Positions 27,627-37,374 are shown, counted from the first letter of the stretch. The stretch is 64,000 nt of DNA from Minisyncoccota bacterium (GCA_028712565.1 JAQTPW010000001.1:77114-141113); one strand, 5' to 3'. Notes: a model not told the origin generated them from the letters alone. Translations and numbers: made by a program.

Positions 27627-28535
27627 TTACAAGTTAATCCAATTTATCAGATTTTGCATCTCTGAAATCCTGCTTTCTTCAGTTTTTGTCCTCAAAATTA
27701 CATTTATGTAGATGTTTTTATTTGCGTCCTGAAAAATATAGAGGATGCAGCCGCTGGCTTTTTGCGTAAAACCGGTTTTTCCGCCGACAAAATTTTGGCC
27801 GGGCTCCAGAACCAAATCAAAAAGCCCGTTTTCAACTGATTTGTTTTCGTGGCCCTTTGCAGTAATTTCAAAAATAGCCGGCTGGTTTTCTAAAATATAT
27901 TTTGCTAATTTTGATAAGTCGCTAGCGCTTGAAAAATTTAAGTCAGTGCCGCTTGTATCAAGGCCGGTTGGATTTATAAATTTTGTGTGGGTTTGACCCA
28001 AACTCAATGCCTTTTGATTCATTTCTGCTACAAACTCATCAGCCCCCATTACTTCAGAAAGAGCAAAAGCCGCATCGTTGCTGGAATAAATCAGCATCAG
28101 GTTTAAAAGCTCTTCCACTGTGTATTCATCACCAGCTTTTAAGTTTCCGAAATTTTGGGTATTTCCCTGATCGGCGGCAGTTTTTGAGACGATTATCGCA
28201 TAAGAAGGATTATAAATGTCAGGGTTATCGAAAACTATCAAAGCCGTCATTAATTTGGTTATTGAAGCAATTGGAAGTGGCAATTTGGCATTTTTTTGGA
28301 AAAGTATATTTTCTTCCTTTTTGCTAATTTGTAATGATAAAGCAGAAACCGCATCAATGTCCAACTCCGGTTTTTGAACCGTTTCAGGAATTTTGACAGG
28401 TGCTAAATTTTCAACAGGAAAGGAAATTTCTGCCAAAAGATAACCTTCAAGATTTTTTTGGAGAAAATTCAGCCCGCCGAAAAATGCCAAACTAATCAGA
28501 AAAGCGGAAAAAAAATATTTAAGATTTTTTGTCAT
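27627..28535 (-). CDS. dacA: D-alanyl-D-alanine carboxypeptidase (S11, PBP5-like)
   Basis: SITK (SxxK), YSSNDAA (SxN) and KTGFT (KTG) motifs; signal peptide MTKNLKYFFSAFLISLAFFG. The upstream in-frame Met at 28622 would overlap aspS by 68 nt, so the start at 28535 is preferred. Confidence 0.8.
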   Translation of the reverse strand: MTKNLKYFFSAFLISLAFFGGLNFLQKNLEGYLLAEISFPVENLAPVKIPETVQKPELDIDAVSALSLQISKKEENILFQKNAKLPLPIASITKLMTALIVFDNPDIYNPSYAIIVSKTAADQGNTQNFGNLKAGDEYTVEELLNLMLIYSSNDAAFALSEVMGADEFVAEMNQKALSLGQTHTKFINPTGLDTSGTDLNFSSASDLSKLAKYILENQPAIFEITAKGHENKSVENGLFDLVLEPGQNFVGGKTGFTQKASGCILYIFQDANKNIYINVILRTKTEESRISEMQNLINWINL

Positions 28536-28554
28536 TCGCTTAATAAACTTGGTT

Positions 28555-29913
28555 TTACTTAGTTTTCTTTTTTGCGTCTTTTGACTTTTCCTTTGGCTGC
28601 AAAACCGAAAGCCGTTCGTCAATTCTTTCCATGTCTCTCGGAAAAATGCTGGCTTCCCGGATATTTTCCAGCCCTAAAATTTGTTTTGTAATTCTTTCCA
28701 GTCCCAAAGCAAACCCTCCTTCGGGCGGCATTCCGTATTTAAATGCCTGCAAATAATATTGAAAGTCCCCTGGATTGTTTCCCCATTTTTTTATATTACT
28801 AACAAGCGTTTCATAATCATTAATTCTTTGCCCGCCGGTGACAATTTCCAGCCCCCGGCATAAAAGATCAAAACTTAACGTATAGTCTTTGTCTTCCGGG
28901 TCAGGATGCGTGTAAAATGGCCGTTTTTTTGTCGGGTAATGAGTAATGAAAATCAGGTCGGAATTATATTTTTCTTTTGCGAAGTCGCAGATTTCTTTTT
29001 CGTCGTCCGGTTCTAAATCAGGCTCTTTTCTATTATCTCTTTTTGTCCTTTCAAATATTTTTTCTTGAGCTTCTCTTATTTTTATTCGCGGGATTTTTTC
29101 GTTTATTTTTGGCAATTCGATTCCAAGTATTTTTAATTCGGCAGAATTTTCTTTTTGAATTTGTGAAAAAATATTTGTAATCACAATTTCGCAGGTATCC
29201 AGTAATTCTTCCCATGAAGAAATGAATCCCATTTCAGCATCCAAGCTTATGTATTCTGAAAGATGGCGGGTTGTGACGCTGGGCTCTGCTCGATAGACGC
29301 TAGTAATTGTAAATACTCTTTCAAAAACTCCCACCATAATCTGCTTATAAAGCTGGGGGCTTTGGGCAAGATACGCATCGTAATTGTAATAATCAATATG
29401 AAAAACTGCCGCTCCCCCTTCGGCATTTGCCGGAACTATTGTCGGGCTTTTAAATTCGGTAAATCCCAGATCTTTTAAAGTTTTTTGGAAAGTTTCCAGA
29501 ATTGTTTCTTGAATTTTAAAAATAGCTCGGATTTTTTCATTTCTTAAAGTCAAAGGCCTGAAGTCCAAAAGAGTTGGCAAAGTTAATTTTAGGTCTTTAA
29601 TTTCAAAAGGAAGAGTTTGCGCTTTTGCCAAAATTTTTACTTTCTCGGCGCTTACCTCCACTTTTCCAGTTTCAAGGTTGGGATTTACCATATTTGCCGG
29701 CCTTTCCTGAACATTTCCTTCAACTTCCAAAACATCTTCGTTATGAATTTCACGAACTAAATCGGGGCTGCAAACAATTTGCAAAATTCCAGACCGGTCT
29801 AATAAATCCAAAAAAACAATTTTCCCGTGGTCTCTCCGGGTATCCACCCAGCCGGAAACTTTTACTGGCTTTCCGATAAAATTTGGAGTTCTGTTGTTTA
29901 ATATTCTTTCCAT
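28555..29913 (-). CDS. aspS: Aspartate--tRNA ligase (class IIb, short archaeal/non-discriminating type) with a Lys-rich C-terminal tail
   Basis: N-terminal OB fold, motif 2 FRAE, C-terminal GGFALGLERI; 452 aa. Confidence 0.8.
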   Translation of the reverse strand: MERILNNRTPNFIGKPVKVSGWVDTRRDHGKIVFLDLLDRSGILQIVCSPDLVREIHNEDVLEVEGNVQERPANMVNPNLETGKVEVSAEKVKILAKAQTLPFEIKDLKLTLPTLLDFRPLTLRNEKIRAIFKIQETILETFQKTLKDLGFTEFKSPTIVPANAEGGAAVFHIDYYNYDAYLAQSPQLYKQIMVGVFERVFTITSVYRAEPSVTTRHLSEYISLDAEMGFISSWEELLDTCEIVITNIFSQIQKENSAELKILGIELPKINEKIPRIKIREAQEKIFERTKRDNRKEPDLEPDDEKEICDFAKEKYNSDLIFITHYPTKKRPFYTHPDPEDKDYTLSFDLLCRGLEIVTGGQRINDYETLVSNIKKWGNNPGDFQYYLQAFKYGMPPEGGFALGLERITKQILGLENIREASIFPRDMERIDERLSVLQPKEKSKDAKKKTK

Positions 29914-29942
29914 AGAATTAATTTAATTATACACAAATTCAC

Positions 29943-30164
29943 CTATTTTAAAAGCTCAATTACCTTGAGTTTTGCGGTAGCTCCGGAAACAATTTTGATA
30001 TTTGCTTGGCTTATGCCAAAATAATCGGCCAAAGTTTTTATAACTGCCCTATTCGCCTTTCCTTTTTCTGGAATTTCATGAACCCAAACATTAAAATTCG
30101 TATCGCTAACTTTCTCAATTTTTTCTTTGCTTGATTTTGTTTTAACTTTTACAAAAATTTTCAT
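29943..30164 (-). CDS. DUF167 (YggU-like) family protein
   Basis: IPEKGKANRAVIKTLADYFGI...IKIVSGATAKLKVIEL pattern; 73 aa. Confidence 0.7.
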   Translation of the reverse strand: MKIFVKVKTKSSKEKIEKVSDTNFNVWVHEIPEKGKANRAVIKTLADYFGISQANIKIVSGATAKLKVIELLK

Positions 30165-30318
30165 AATTTCACTTTACCGTCATTTTTGTTCCTCGGCAAG
30201 TTTTGCAGAAATTTTCCATTTGCCAATTTGTATGCGGAAATATAAAATTAAGTAAATATAAGATTTGCTTTTTCACAAAAAAATACCCGGAAATTCGGAT
30301 AAAAATGGAGGAAAAGAG

Positions 30319-32043
30319 GTGCGAGTAAGGAGATTTGCAAAAATAGGTTCTTATGTATTAATTTCTATCCTAATTATGTTCTTGTTTTCATGTTGCGGAG
30401 GCAAAAAATCATCTTCTGGTCCGAAATTGCCAGTAGGCTTTACTGATTTTAAAATTCCGAAATTGTCTACGGACAGTTTTCTTTATTTTAACCAAGGAAC
30501 AATGGTTCGAATTGAAAGAGATCCCATCTTTTCTTACGAAGGAAATATTGACCAAGTAGCTTTTTGCTTAACTGCCGAAAAAGGCAACGAAAATCTTTTT
30601 GTAAAAACTAATGGCGGTATTTGGCAAGATCTTCAAAATCCAAATGATCCATCTGGTGTAAGCGGTGAAGTTTCAGTACAAGAAGGATGTCCCGAAGCTT
30701 GGAAATTAATAAACAATCTTCCGGCAATTCCGCCCGAAAAAATGCTTGGCATAGGATATTTTAACTTCAGCGATAATTTGATGAATTGGTATGCGAAAAT
30801 TACCCAAGGCGATCAAACTCTGGCAGAGCTTAAAACTCAGCTCGGGAGATTAACCATAAATCAAGTTGCGATAGGTTTGTATTCGCAAGACAATTTAAGA
30901 GCTATTGATTTAAAAGTTATGAGCGGTGCTGGTTTTTCAGTTTTGGCAGTAGGAAAACCATCGTCTTTTCTTGGCCAAGTTGCTTCAAAATTTCTTTCTT
31001 CTGCTGGCTTTGAAAAAGATTATATCGGAGGAACCGAGATTTATTTGACGACAACGGGCGACTTTAAAATCGCGATAACCAATACAGATGGCTTAGTCTA
31101 TGCTTCGGCTGCCGTAGATGTAAATGTTGCAAAAAATCTTCTTGGAAGCGTAATAAATCAACCAGAATTGACTTCGGCAATTTCTGCATCGGGCAGCATA
31201 TCGCAGCAAATCGCTGAAAAATTCGCCCCGATAATTTACCTACATCCTGATGAAAATTATGAGCCAAAAAGCGTCAATATTATTATCGATAACGCCGTGT
31301 TGAAAGATAAAAAAACTAAGACTTTAATTCTGCTAAACCACAGGCTGACTGCCAGCGATCTATACGACTTGCCAAATTCTAGCAATCTTTATTTGGACAT
31401 ACCGGATTTTGACATTGCTAATTCGCAAAGCGCTTCATACTTACAGAAATATGCAGGCATTAAAAATAATTATCCCACAACTGTTTACGCTCGCGTCTTT
31501 GTATATCAGGGCAAAACAGTTATCCAATACTGGCTTTTCTATTTTTTCAATGATGGATCACTTAATAAGCACGAAGGCGATTGGGAATACGTTCAACTGG
31601 TTTTTAACGGAAGCGATTTAAATCGAATATTAAATTCCACATTCCCTGAATTTGCCGTTTACTCACAACATTTTTCTTGGGAGGCAAAATACTGGAGAGA
31701 AGTAGCTGCGGTGAGTGCTCATCCGCTCGTATATGTTGCAAGGGGTTCACATGCAAATTATTTCTCTGCCGGCGAAAATACGAATGTTGCTTTTATCGAT
31801 TATACTAGTTTTGGCGGTGAAATAATTTTTCCGCAGATGAAAACAAGAAAAGAAGGCCTGAAAAATTACGAATTGATTCTTCTTCCCGACCTTAATGATC
31901 CGCAAAAGGTTCAAAAGGAACAACCCTGGATAAGTTTCCAAGGCAATTGGGGCGAATGGGTAAGCAATGCAAATTTTGACATCAATGGGCCGGATAGTCC
32001 AAGTAAACGAGACCTATGGACTATTCCAAAAATTAACAAATAA
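30319..32043 (+). CDS. Secreted lipoprotein with a C-terminal Vps62-like (DUF946) domain
   Basis: GTG start 8 nt after GGAGG; lipobox-like LFSCCGG; HEGDWEYVQLVF motif typical of Vps62/DUF946 near the C-terminus. The track's upstream Met at 30265 lacks an RBS. Confidence 0.55.
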   Translation: MRVRRFAKIGSYVLISILIMFLFSCCGGKKSSSGPKLPVGFTDFKIPKLSTDSFLYFNQGTMVRIERDPIFSYEGNIDQVAFCLTAEKGNENLFVKTNGGIWQDLQNPNDPSGVSGEVSVQEGCPEAWKLINNLPAIPPEKMLGIGYFNFSDNLMNWYAKITQGDQTLAELKTQLGRLTINQVAIGLYSQDNLRAIDLKVMSGAGFSVLAVGKPSSFLGQVASKFLSSAGFEKDYIGGTEIYLTTTGDFKIAITNTDGLVYASAAVDVNVAKNLLGSVINQPELTSAISASGSISQQIAEKFAPIIYLHPDENYEPKSVNIIIDNAVLKDKKTKTLILLNHRLTASDLYDLPNSSNLYLDIPDFDIANSQSASYLQKYAGIKNNYPTTVYARVFVYQGKTVIQYWLFYFFNDGSLNKHEGDWEYVQLVFNGSDLNRILNSTFPEFAVYSQHFSWEAKYWREVAAVSAHPLVYVARGSHANYFSAGENTNVAFIDYTSFGGEIIFPQMKTRKEGLKNYELILLPDLNDPQKVQKEQPWISFQGNWGEWVSNANFDINGPDSPSKRDLWTIPKINK

Positions 32044-32045
32044 TT

Positions 32046-32080
32046 TAAAGGGACGCTTTTTTGCGTCCCTTTATTATAAT
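32046..32080. terminator. Bidirectional rho-independent terminator
   Basis: aagggacgc tttttt gcgtccctt followed by tattataatttttttaa. Confidence 0.7.
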
Positions 32081-32098
32081 TTTTTTAAATAATTTTCA

Positions 32099-32425
32099 TT
32101 AGGTTAATAAAAATGGAAGAATAATAAAAAAATAGATAATAGCGAAATAAATGGAAAAAAGAAAAATGAAAATAAAAATTAGAAGTATTCTTAAGGGTTG
32201 ATCGGAAATAGATTTATGAAATTTTGTCAATGATAATGAAAAAAGTTTACTAATCAATGCAAAAGGAATGAAAGGTATAAATGCAAGATATATTGGATAT
32301 GGCCAAAACTCACAGCCATGCGAGCTAAAAAAACAAAAGTAAATGCCGAAGAGTTCGATTATGGCAATTCCGATTAAGGCGCCCCATAGCCAAGGTTTTC
32401 CTTTTAACCAATTTAAAAATTTCAT
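32099..32425 (-). CDS. Small integral membrane protein, co-transcribed with the response regulator
   Basis: 108 aa, three hydrophobic helices; start 2 nt after the regulator's stop. Confidence 0.5.
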   Translation of the reverse strand: MKFLNWLKGKPWLWGALIGIAIIELFGIYFCFFSSHGCEFWPYPIYLAFIPFIPFALISKLFSLSLTKFHKSISDQPLRILLIFIFIFLFSIYFAIIYFFIILPFLLT

Positions 32426-32426
32426 T

Positions 32427-32792
32427 TTACTTTAGACATTTTTTTACTTTTTCTACCATTTCGTTTGGAGTATAATTGGTTTTAATCAGATAATCTATAA
32501 TCCCTAAACTAAATGCTTGTTTCTTTGTTGTGGGGTCGTCATAATTTGAAAACGCCAGAACCGGAATTGAGGCAATTTTCGGATCTTCGCGCAATTTTTG
32601 CAAAAAGAAAATCCCATTTTCTTTTGGGAGCAGAATATCTAGAATTATCAAATCCGGCCTTTCCCTTTTTGCCAATTCCAAACCCAATTCAGCCTCAATG
32701 GCGGTTATTATTTTTAATCCGGCTTGCGATAATTTTTCGGTATACATTCTTGCCAGCAATCCTTCATCTTCAACAAGTAAAACTTTTTTCAT
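32427..32792 (-). CDS. Stand-alone response-regulator receiver domain (CheY-like)
   Basis: MKKVLLVEDEGLLARMY...DLIILDILLP with conserved Asp positions; 121 aa; no output domain. Confidence 0.85.
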   Translation of the reverse strand: MKKVLLVEDEGLLARMYTEKLSQAGLKIITAIEAELGLELAKRERPDLIILDILLPKENGIFFLQKLREDPKIASIPVLAFSNYDDPTTKKQAFSLGIIDYLIKTNYTPNEMVEKVKKCLK

Positions 32793-32858
32793 AAAATTAT
32801 AAATGCTTTCACTATGTTATATATTAAGCCATATTTTAGAACTCATCAACTTTTTAAA

Positions 32859-33302
32859 TTACTCTCCCAATATATGAATTTGAACTTTGCGGGGCCTTGG
32901 ATGGTCAAGCTCAATAAAAAGGATTCTTTGCCAGATTCCCAGCTGAACCTCGTTATTTATAAGGTTTATTGTTACATTTGGAGTTAAATAAATCGCTTGG
33001 CAATGAGAATGTCCGTTTGCGCATTCCCCCTCGCACATATTAACAGTCCTAATCTTAAAATCATTATGCTTGTAATAACTTTCTTTTGGGGCAATTTTTT
33101 TTAAATTTTCTTTCATATCCTCTATCAATAAGGGCTCATTTTCATTAAGTATTACGGCGGCAGTTGTATGCAAACTTTGGACATTGATTATGCCGTTTTT
33201 AATCCCAGTATTTTTAGCAAAATCTTTAACCGCATCGGTTATATCATTAAATTCAAGCTCGGATTTAGTTTGGTATTCAAGTATTTTGTGGAATGATTTC
33301 AT
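32859..33302 (-). CDS. YjbQ/UPF0047 family protein
   Basis: HTTAAVILNENEP and GHSHCQA...GIWQRILFIELDHPRPRKV motifs. Confidence 0.8.
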   Translation of the reverse strand: MKSFHKILEYQTKSELEFNDITDAVKDFAKNTGIKNGIINVQSLHTTAAVILNENEPLLIEDMKENLKKIAPKESYYKHNDFKIRTVNMCEGECANGHSHCQAIYLTPNVTINLINNEVQLGIWQRILFIELDHPRPRKVQIHILGE

Positions 33303-33307
33303 TTTAT

Positions 33308-33742
33308 TTATTTTTCAATTTGGCTTACCCAAAACAATTTTCCGTCATTTAACCATTTTAAAACAGCTTTTTTCAAAGATAAAGGGCGAACATCCGTTTT
33401 CGCCAGATCGTTTTTGCCAAAAAAGAAAAATTGAAGATGTTTTTCTTTGCTTTTTGCCGCAATATTTCCATTTATAAGCTGGAAAACTAAATTTATTTCG
33501 TGATGCCATTTATTAAAACTTTTGAAAATTTGTTCAGAGGTGCCGATAAAACTGCAATTTTTAACCGAAACCCCTAATTCTTCTTTGATTTCCCGGATTA
33601 AAGCTTCTTTTGCGCATTCCCCAAAATCAACATGTCCTCCCGGAAAAAAATAATTTTGATTTCCGATTTTTTTGCAAACCAAAATCTTTTCTTTGTGCAA
33701 GATAACTGCCCTGGCTAAAATTTCTATTTCATTTTTAGACAT
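33308..33742 (-). CDS. Nudix hydrolase
   Basis: GGHVDFGECAKEALIREIKEELGV Nudix box; 144 aa. Confidence 0.75.
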   Translation of the reverse strand: MSKNEIEILARAVILHKEKILVCKKIGNQNYFFPGGHVDFGECAKEALIREIKEELGVSVKNCSFIGTSEQIFKSFNKWHHEINLVFQLINGNIAAKSKEKHLQFFFFGKNDLAKTDVRPLSLKKAVLKWLNDGKLFWVSQIEK

Positions 33743-33774
33743 TATTTTATAGATACAACAACATTACAATTTCA

Positions 33775-35193
33775 TCAAGGTTTTTCTTTAAGCCTTGCGC
33801 TTAAATTGTAGATGTTTCCGGCGCCCATTAAGATTACCACTTCTTTGCCTTTTAGGTTAGTGTTTAAATAATCAATAATTTTATCTTTCGGCAAATATAT
33901 TGTATTTTTGCGTCCGATTGTTTTCACTAATTTTTCGGAAGAAACTTTTTTGCTGACTTCGGGCGTTTCCCGGCCGGCTACATCAAAAATATCGGTAATA
34001 ATAAGTTTATCCACCGGAGCGTCTTTGAAAACTTTCACAAAATCTTTGAATAAATAATATGTTCTTTGATATTGGTGCGGCTGGTAAATGCACCAGATTT
34101 TTCCCTTTGGATATTTTTCCCGCGCCGCTTTTAAAGTGACTCTTACTTTTGTCGGGTGATGCGCATAATCATTTATAAGCGTTATCTGTTTTTTGTTTAC
34201 TGTTATCTTACTTATATCAAACCTTCGCCACGCGCCCTTGTATTCAGAAAGCGCTTTGAAAGAAATTTTATCAGGGATTTTCAGAATTCTCGCCACCGCC
34301 AAGGCCGACAGCGCATCCATAATATTGTGATCCCCGGGAATTTTCATTATTTTTCGCAATCTCTTTACGTCTTTTGCCTGCGAAAATCCGTATTTATTAA
34401 TTCTTGATTTGTTAATTGTTAATTGGTCATTGTTAATTATTCGTTTTATGTTTTTATCGTCGCCATTAATTACCAAATATCCATCTTTTGGCAAATGGCT
34501 AATGTATTTTTTAAAAGTTTTGAGTATATTATTTAAATTTTTGTAATAGTCCAGATGGTCAGCTTCAATGTTTGTCAAAACTAAAATTTTCGGCCAATAA
34601 TTCAAAAAGGACGCAAAGTGCTCGTCGGCCTCGATGACGAGGTAGCTGGTATCTGGTATCTGGTTGCTGGTTGCTGGTTGCGAGTTGCTGGTAACGACTT
34701 TTCCGCCCATACGGAAGTTGCTGTCGCCGAATTCTCTGATTTTCGTGCCGACAATGACAGTTGGATCAAGGCCGGCTTTTTCTAACAGAATTCCAAGCAT
34801 TGCAGTTGTGGTGCTTTTTCCATGAGTGCCAGAAACCGCAATCGTAAAATATTGTTTTGTTAATTCCCCTAGCGCCTGAGGATAACTACAAATTTTCAAT
34901 TTACAATTTTCAATTTTCAATTTTTTAGCTCTGACATATTCAGGATTCGTTGGCCGAACTGCTGGACTATAAATAACTAAATCCACAATATTTGGGACAT
35001 TTTTTGCAGAATGTGGCCCAATATGAATTTTAGCACCAAGCTTTTCTAAATCTTTTGTGATTTCTGAAGATGCCAAATCTGAACCACTGACCGTGTCGCC
35101 TCTTTTTAAGTAATATCTAGCTAATGCCGACACTCCAATTCCGCCAATACCAATAAAATGAACCCCGTTAGAAATTTTCGATAATTTTTTCAT
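33775..35193 (-). CDS. murC: UDP-N-acetylmuramate--L-alanine ligase
   Basis: HFIGIGGIGVSALA N-terminus, AVSGTHGKSTTTAML P-loop; 472 aa; contains an internal low-complexity insert. Confidence 0.9.
   Translation of the reverse strand: MKKLSKISNGVHFIGIGGIGVSALARYYLKRGDTVSGSDLASSEITKDLEKLGAKIHIGPHSAKNVPNIVDLVIYSPAVRPTNPEYVRAKKLKIENCKLKICSYPQALGELTKQYFTIAVSGTHGKSTTTAMLGILLEKAGLDPTVIVGTKIREFGDSNFRMGGKVVTSNSQPATSNQIPDTSYLVIEADEHFASFLNYWPKILVLTNIEADHLDYYKNLNNILKTFKKYISHLPKDGYLVINGDDKNIKRIINNDQLTINKSRINKYGFSQAKDVKRLRKIMKIPGDHNIMDALSALAVARILKIPDKISFKALSEYKGAWRRFDISKITVNKKQITLINDYAHHPTKVRVTLKAAREKYPKGKIWCIYQPHQYQRTYYLFKDFVKVFKDAPVDKLIITDIFDVAGRETPEVSKKVSSEKLVKTIGRKNTIYLPKDKIIDYLNTNLKGKEVVILMGAGNIYNLSARLKEKP
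34645..34694. repeat. Heptanucleotide tandem repeat (ctggtat/ctggttg) inside murC, encoding TSNSQPATSNQIPDTS
   Basis: ctggtatctggtatctggttgctggttgctggttgcgagttgctggtaacg on the + strand. Confidence 0.6.
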
Positions 35194-35275
35194 AAGAATA
35201 ACCCCAAAGAAAAACCCCTTGATTGTGGGAATTTCTAACGGGATGAATTTTCATATCTTTAATTTTACCAATTTA

Positions 35276-35304
35276 TTGACGGTTTTTCAATTATTTGCTA
35301 TTCT
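35276..35304 (+). promoter_or_regulatory. Sigma-70-type promoter candidate for the first region-4 paralog
   Basis: TTGACG, 17 bp spacer, TATTCT; followed by GAAAGGAGG and ATG at 35340. Confidence 0.45.
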
Positions 35305-35339
35305 AGAAGCGGCAAAAATAGAAAGGAGGCACATTGACA

Positions 35340-35882
35340 ATGGCAATTGGAACATCAAAGAAAAAGTCTGATTTTGTAAGCATACGAGAAATGCCACTTT
35401 CAGAGATAATCCGAATTTCCAGTGCAGCCAATTTAGGTCCTAACGCCACTATTTATGATATTGCCAGAGCTATTGGTTTTTCCTCCAAATCCATTGCTGT
35501 TATGAAAGCTGCAGGTGAATCAAGGTATGTTGATCCCCTTATTGATGAAAAGCAAACTTCTTCGGATGATCGTTTGAACGAAACTTTTGGAAAGATTGAA
35601 GAACGCATAATAGATCCCAATCCTGTAGATATTCAAAAAACAGTTGAAGATAACTTCTTAAAAGAAGATGCAATTTCTGCCTTAAGCATTCTAAGCAAAA
35701 GGGACCAAAATATATTGAAGCTGCGTTTCGGATTAGAAGAAGGAAATTGTCCTCATACCTTGGAAGAAATTGGAAATATATTAGGTTTGTCCAGAGAACG
35801 AATTCGTCAACTTCAAGATCGAGCGCTTGAACGGCTTAGAAACAATCCGGACGTAAATAGTAAATTACGCCCGTATTATTAA
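35340..35882 (+). CDS. Sigma-70 region-4 (HTH) domain protein lacking regions 2/3; paralog A
   Basis: C-terminus LEEIGNILGLSRERIRQLQDRALERLR is a sigma-70 region 4 helix-turn-helix. ATG at 35340 follows GGAGG; the track's TTG at 35334 is less likely. Confidence 0.6.
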   Translation: MAIGTSKKKSDFVSIREMPLSEIIRISSAANLGPNATIYDIARAIGFSSKSIAVMKAAGESRYVDPLIDEKQTSSDDRLNETFGKIEERIIDPNPVDIQKTVEDNFLKEDAISALSILSKRDQNILKLRFGLEEGNCPHTLEEIGNILGLSRERIRQLQDRALERLRNNPDVNSKLRPYY

Positions 35883-35889
35883 AATCATA

Positions 35890-35925
35890 GCGCCACGCAG
35901 TTTTATGCGATGGCGCCTTTATTTT
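35890..35925 (+). terminator. Rho-independent terminator
   Basis: gcgccacgca gtttta tgcgatggcgc followed by ctttattttg. Confidence 0.55.
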
Positions 35926-35998
35926 GTTGACTGCCCAATAGTTTTATTCTACGATATTTTAAATGCCAAAAATATTAAAGAAAGGAGGTACTTTAACA

Positions 35999-36715
35999 AT
36001 GAAACAGCGCCGATTAACCCCGAAACGAGATAGAATTTCGCCCGATATAAGCAACTTCGAATATATCAACTCTACGCCAGTTCCGGAGTTAGCTCGAAAA
36101 GCCTTTGCTGCCGGCGTGAAGCCCAATGCACGAGTTGACGAAATTGCTAAAGCAATAGGTCTACCTCCAAGGCTAGTATTTGAAATTAAGCAGGCGTACA
36201 AAACCAGGTATCCGTATTCGCTTGAAACATTAGGTTCGGCGGAAGATTATAAAAACCGTCCTGATGCACATAGTGTTATAGAAGAAATTGAATTGGTCGA
36301 TTTAAATATAGATATTGAAAGTTCAGTTGAAAATAGGTTTTGCGCGAGAGAGATTGATAAGGTTTTAAACATATTGGATCCAAAAGAAAAGAAAATTCTA
36401 CAAATGAGGAAAGGGCTGGGAGATTATCCGTATGCTCAGACATTGGAAGAAGTTGGCGACGTTTTTGGGCAGACCAAAGAGCGGATTCGTCAACTCGAAA
36501 TGAAAGCGCTAGGAAAACTTCGAGCACCGCAGGCAGCGGAAAAACTCGAACCGTATTATTGTCAAATTGATCCGGTTCTTGCTTCTAAAATATTAAAAAT
36601 ATTGAATATTGACAGCTTAAACTCCGAAGGAATTAATACTGATCCTAAAGAAATTGATACAGAAATTAACCAGATTGCAGAGGTAATTGTACGAAGAATT
36701 GTAAACCATACTTAA
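35999..36715 (+). CDS. Sigma-70 region-4 (HTH) domain protein; paralog B of the upstream gene
   Basis: LEEVGDVFGQTKERIRQLEMKALGKLR; shares PNA(T/R)..(D/E)IA(R/K)AIG and L(R/E)PYY with paralog A. ATG at 35999 follows AGGAGGT; the track's upstream start at 35963 has no RBS. Confidence 0.6.
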   Translation: MKQRRLTPKRDRISPDISNFEYINSTPVPELARKAFAAGVKPNARVDEIAKAIGLPPRLVFEIKQAYKTRYPYSLETLGSAEDYKNRPDAHSVIEEIELVDLNIDIESSVENRFCAREIDKVLNILDPKEKKILQMRKGLGDYPYAQTLEEVGDVFGQTKERIRQLEMKALGKLRAPQAAEKLEPYYCQIDPVLASKILKILNIDSLNSEGINTDPKEIDTEINQIAEVIVRRIVNHT

Positions 36716-36758
36716 TTAAGGCGGAGAGAGAAAATCGCAAGTTATCGTGACACAAAAT

Positions 36759-36805
36759 AACGCCATTGTCATTTAAAATTTGTACGATGGCGTTTTATAT
36801 TTTAT
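36759..36805. terminator. Bidirectional terminator between the sigma-like gene (+) and thpR (-)
   Basis: aacgccat ... atggcgtt stem with T-rich flanks on both strands. Confidence 0.55.
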
Positions 36806-37370
36806 CCGATCCCAAAGGCAATGATTCCAAAATTGCGTATTCTGGCCCTTTTTTCTTTAATTCGCTCTCCATAACCTCAAGTGATTTTACTTGAAAATTT
36901 AAAGAGATATCTTCGTTTACTTCGGGCCGTTCTTCTAATTCTAATTTTTGGAATTCCCATTGCTTTAGCCGGCCTAAAGTAATATGAGGCGAATATGGCT
37001 GCCCTTTTTTATTTTCTGATTCCGCTGATAATTTATTTATTGAATTTTCCAGATCCGTCTGCAATTTCCCCAGATCTTCACTTTCCTTGCCTTCCACCCA
37101 AATCATTCTTGGCGGCTTCCCGGGAGGCCCATATAAAATTTTATTAAGTTCAATAATAAATGGCGCGTGTTTTGCCGCCACTTCCTTTGCAATGTTGCAA
37201 ACTTCCAATACGTCTTCATCCGTCAAAGAACCCAAAAAAGCCAGAGTAATGTGCAAATTTTCTCTTTTCGTCCATCTACAAGGCATATCATACCATTCTT
37301 TTTCGTAATCTGATATTTTATTTTTTATATTTTCGGGCAAATTTATTGCAATAAAAACTCGGTGGTTCAT
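36795..37370 (-). CDS. thpR: RNA 2',3'-cyclic phosphodiesterase (2H phosphoesterase, LigT/ThpR)
   Basis: Two HxTL motifs (HITLAFLG, HITLGRL); 191 aa. Confidence 0.8.
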   Translation of the reverse strand: MNHRVFIAINLPENIKNKISDYEKEWYDMPCRWTKRENLHITLAFLGSLTDEDVLEVCNIAKEVAAKHAPFIIELNKILYGPPGKPPRMIWVEGKESEDLGKLQTDLENSINKLSAESENKKGQPYSPHITLGRLKQWEFQKLELEERPEVNEDISLNFQVKSLEVMESELKKKGPEYAILESLPLGSDKI

Positions 37371-37374
37371 TTTT

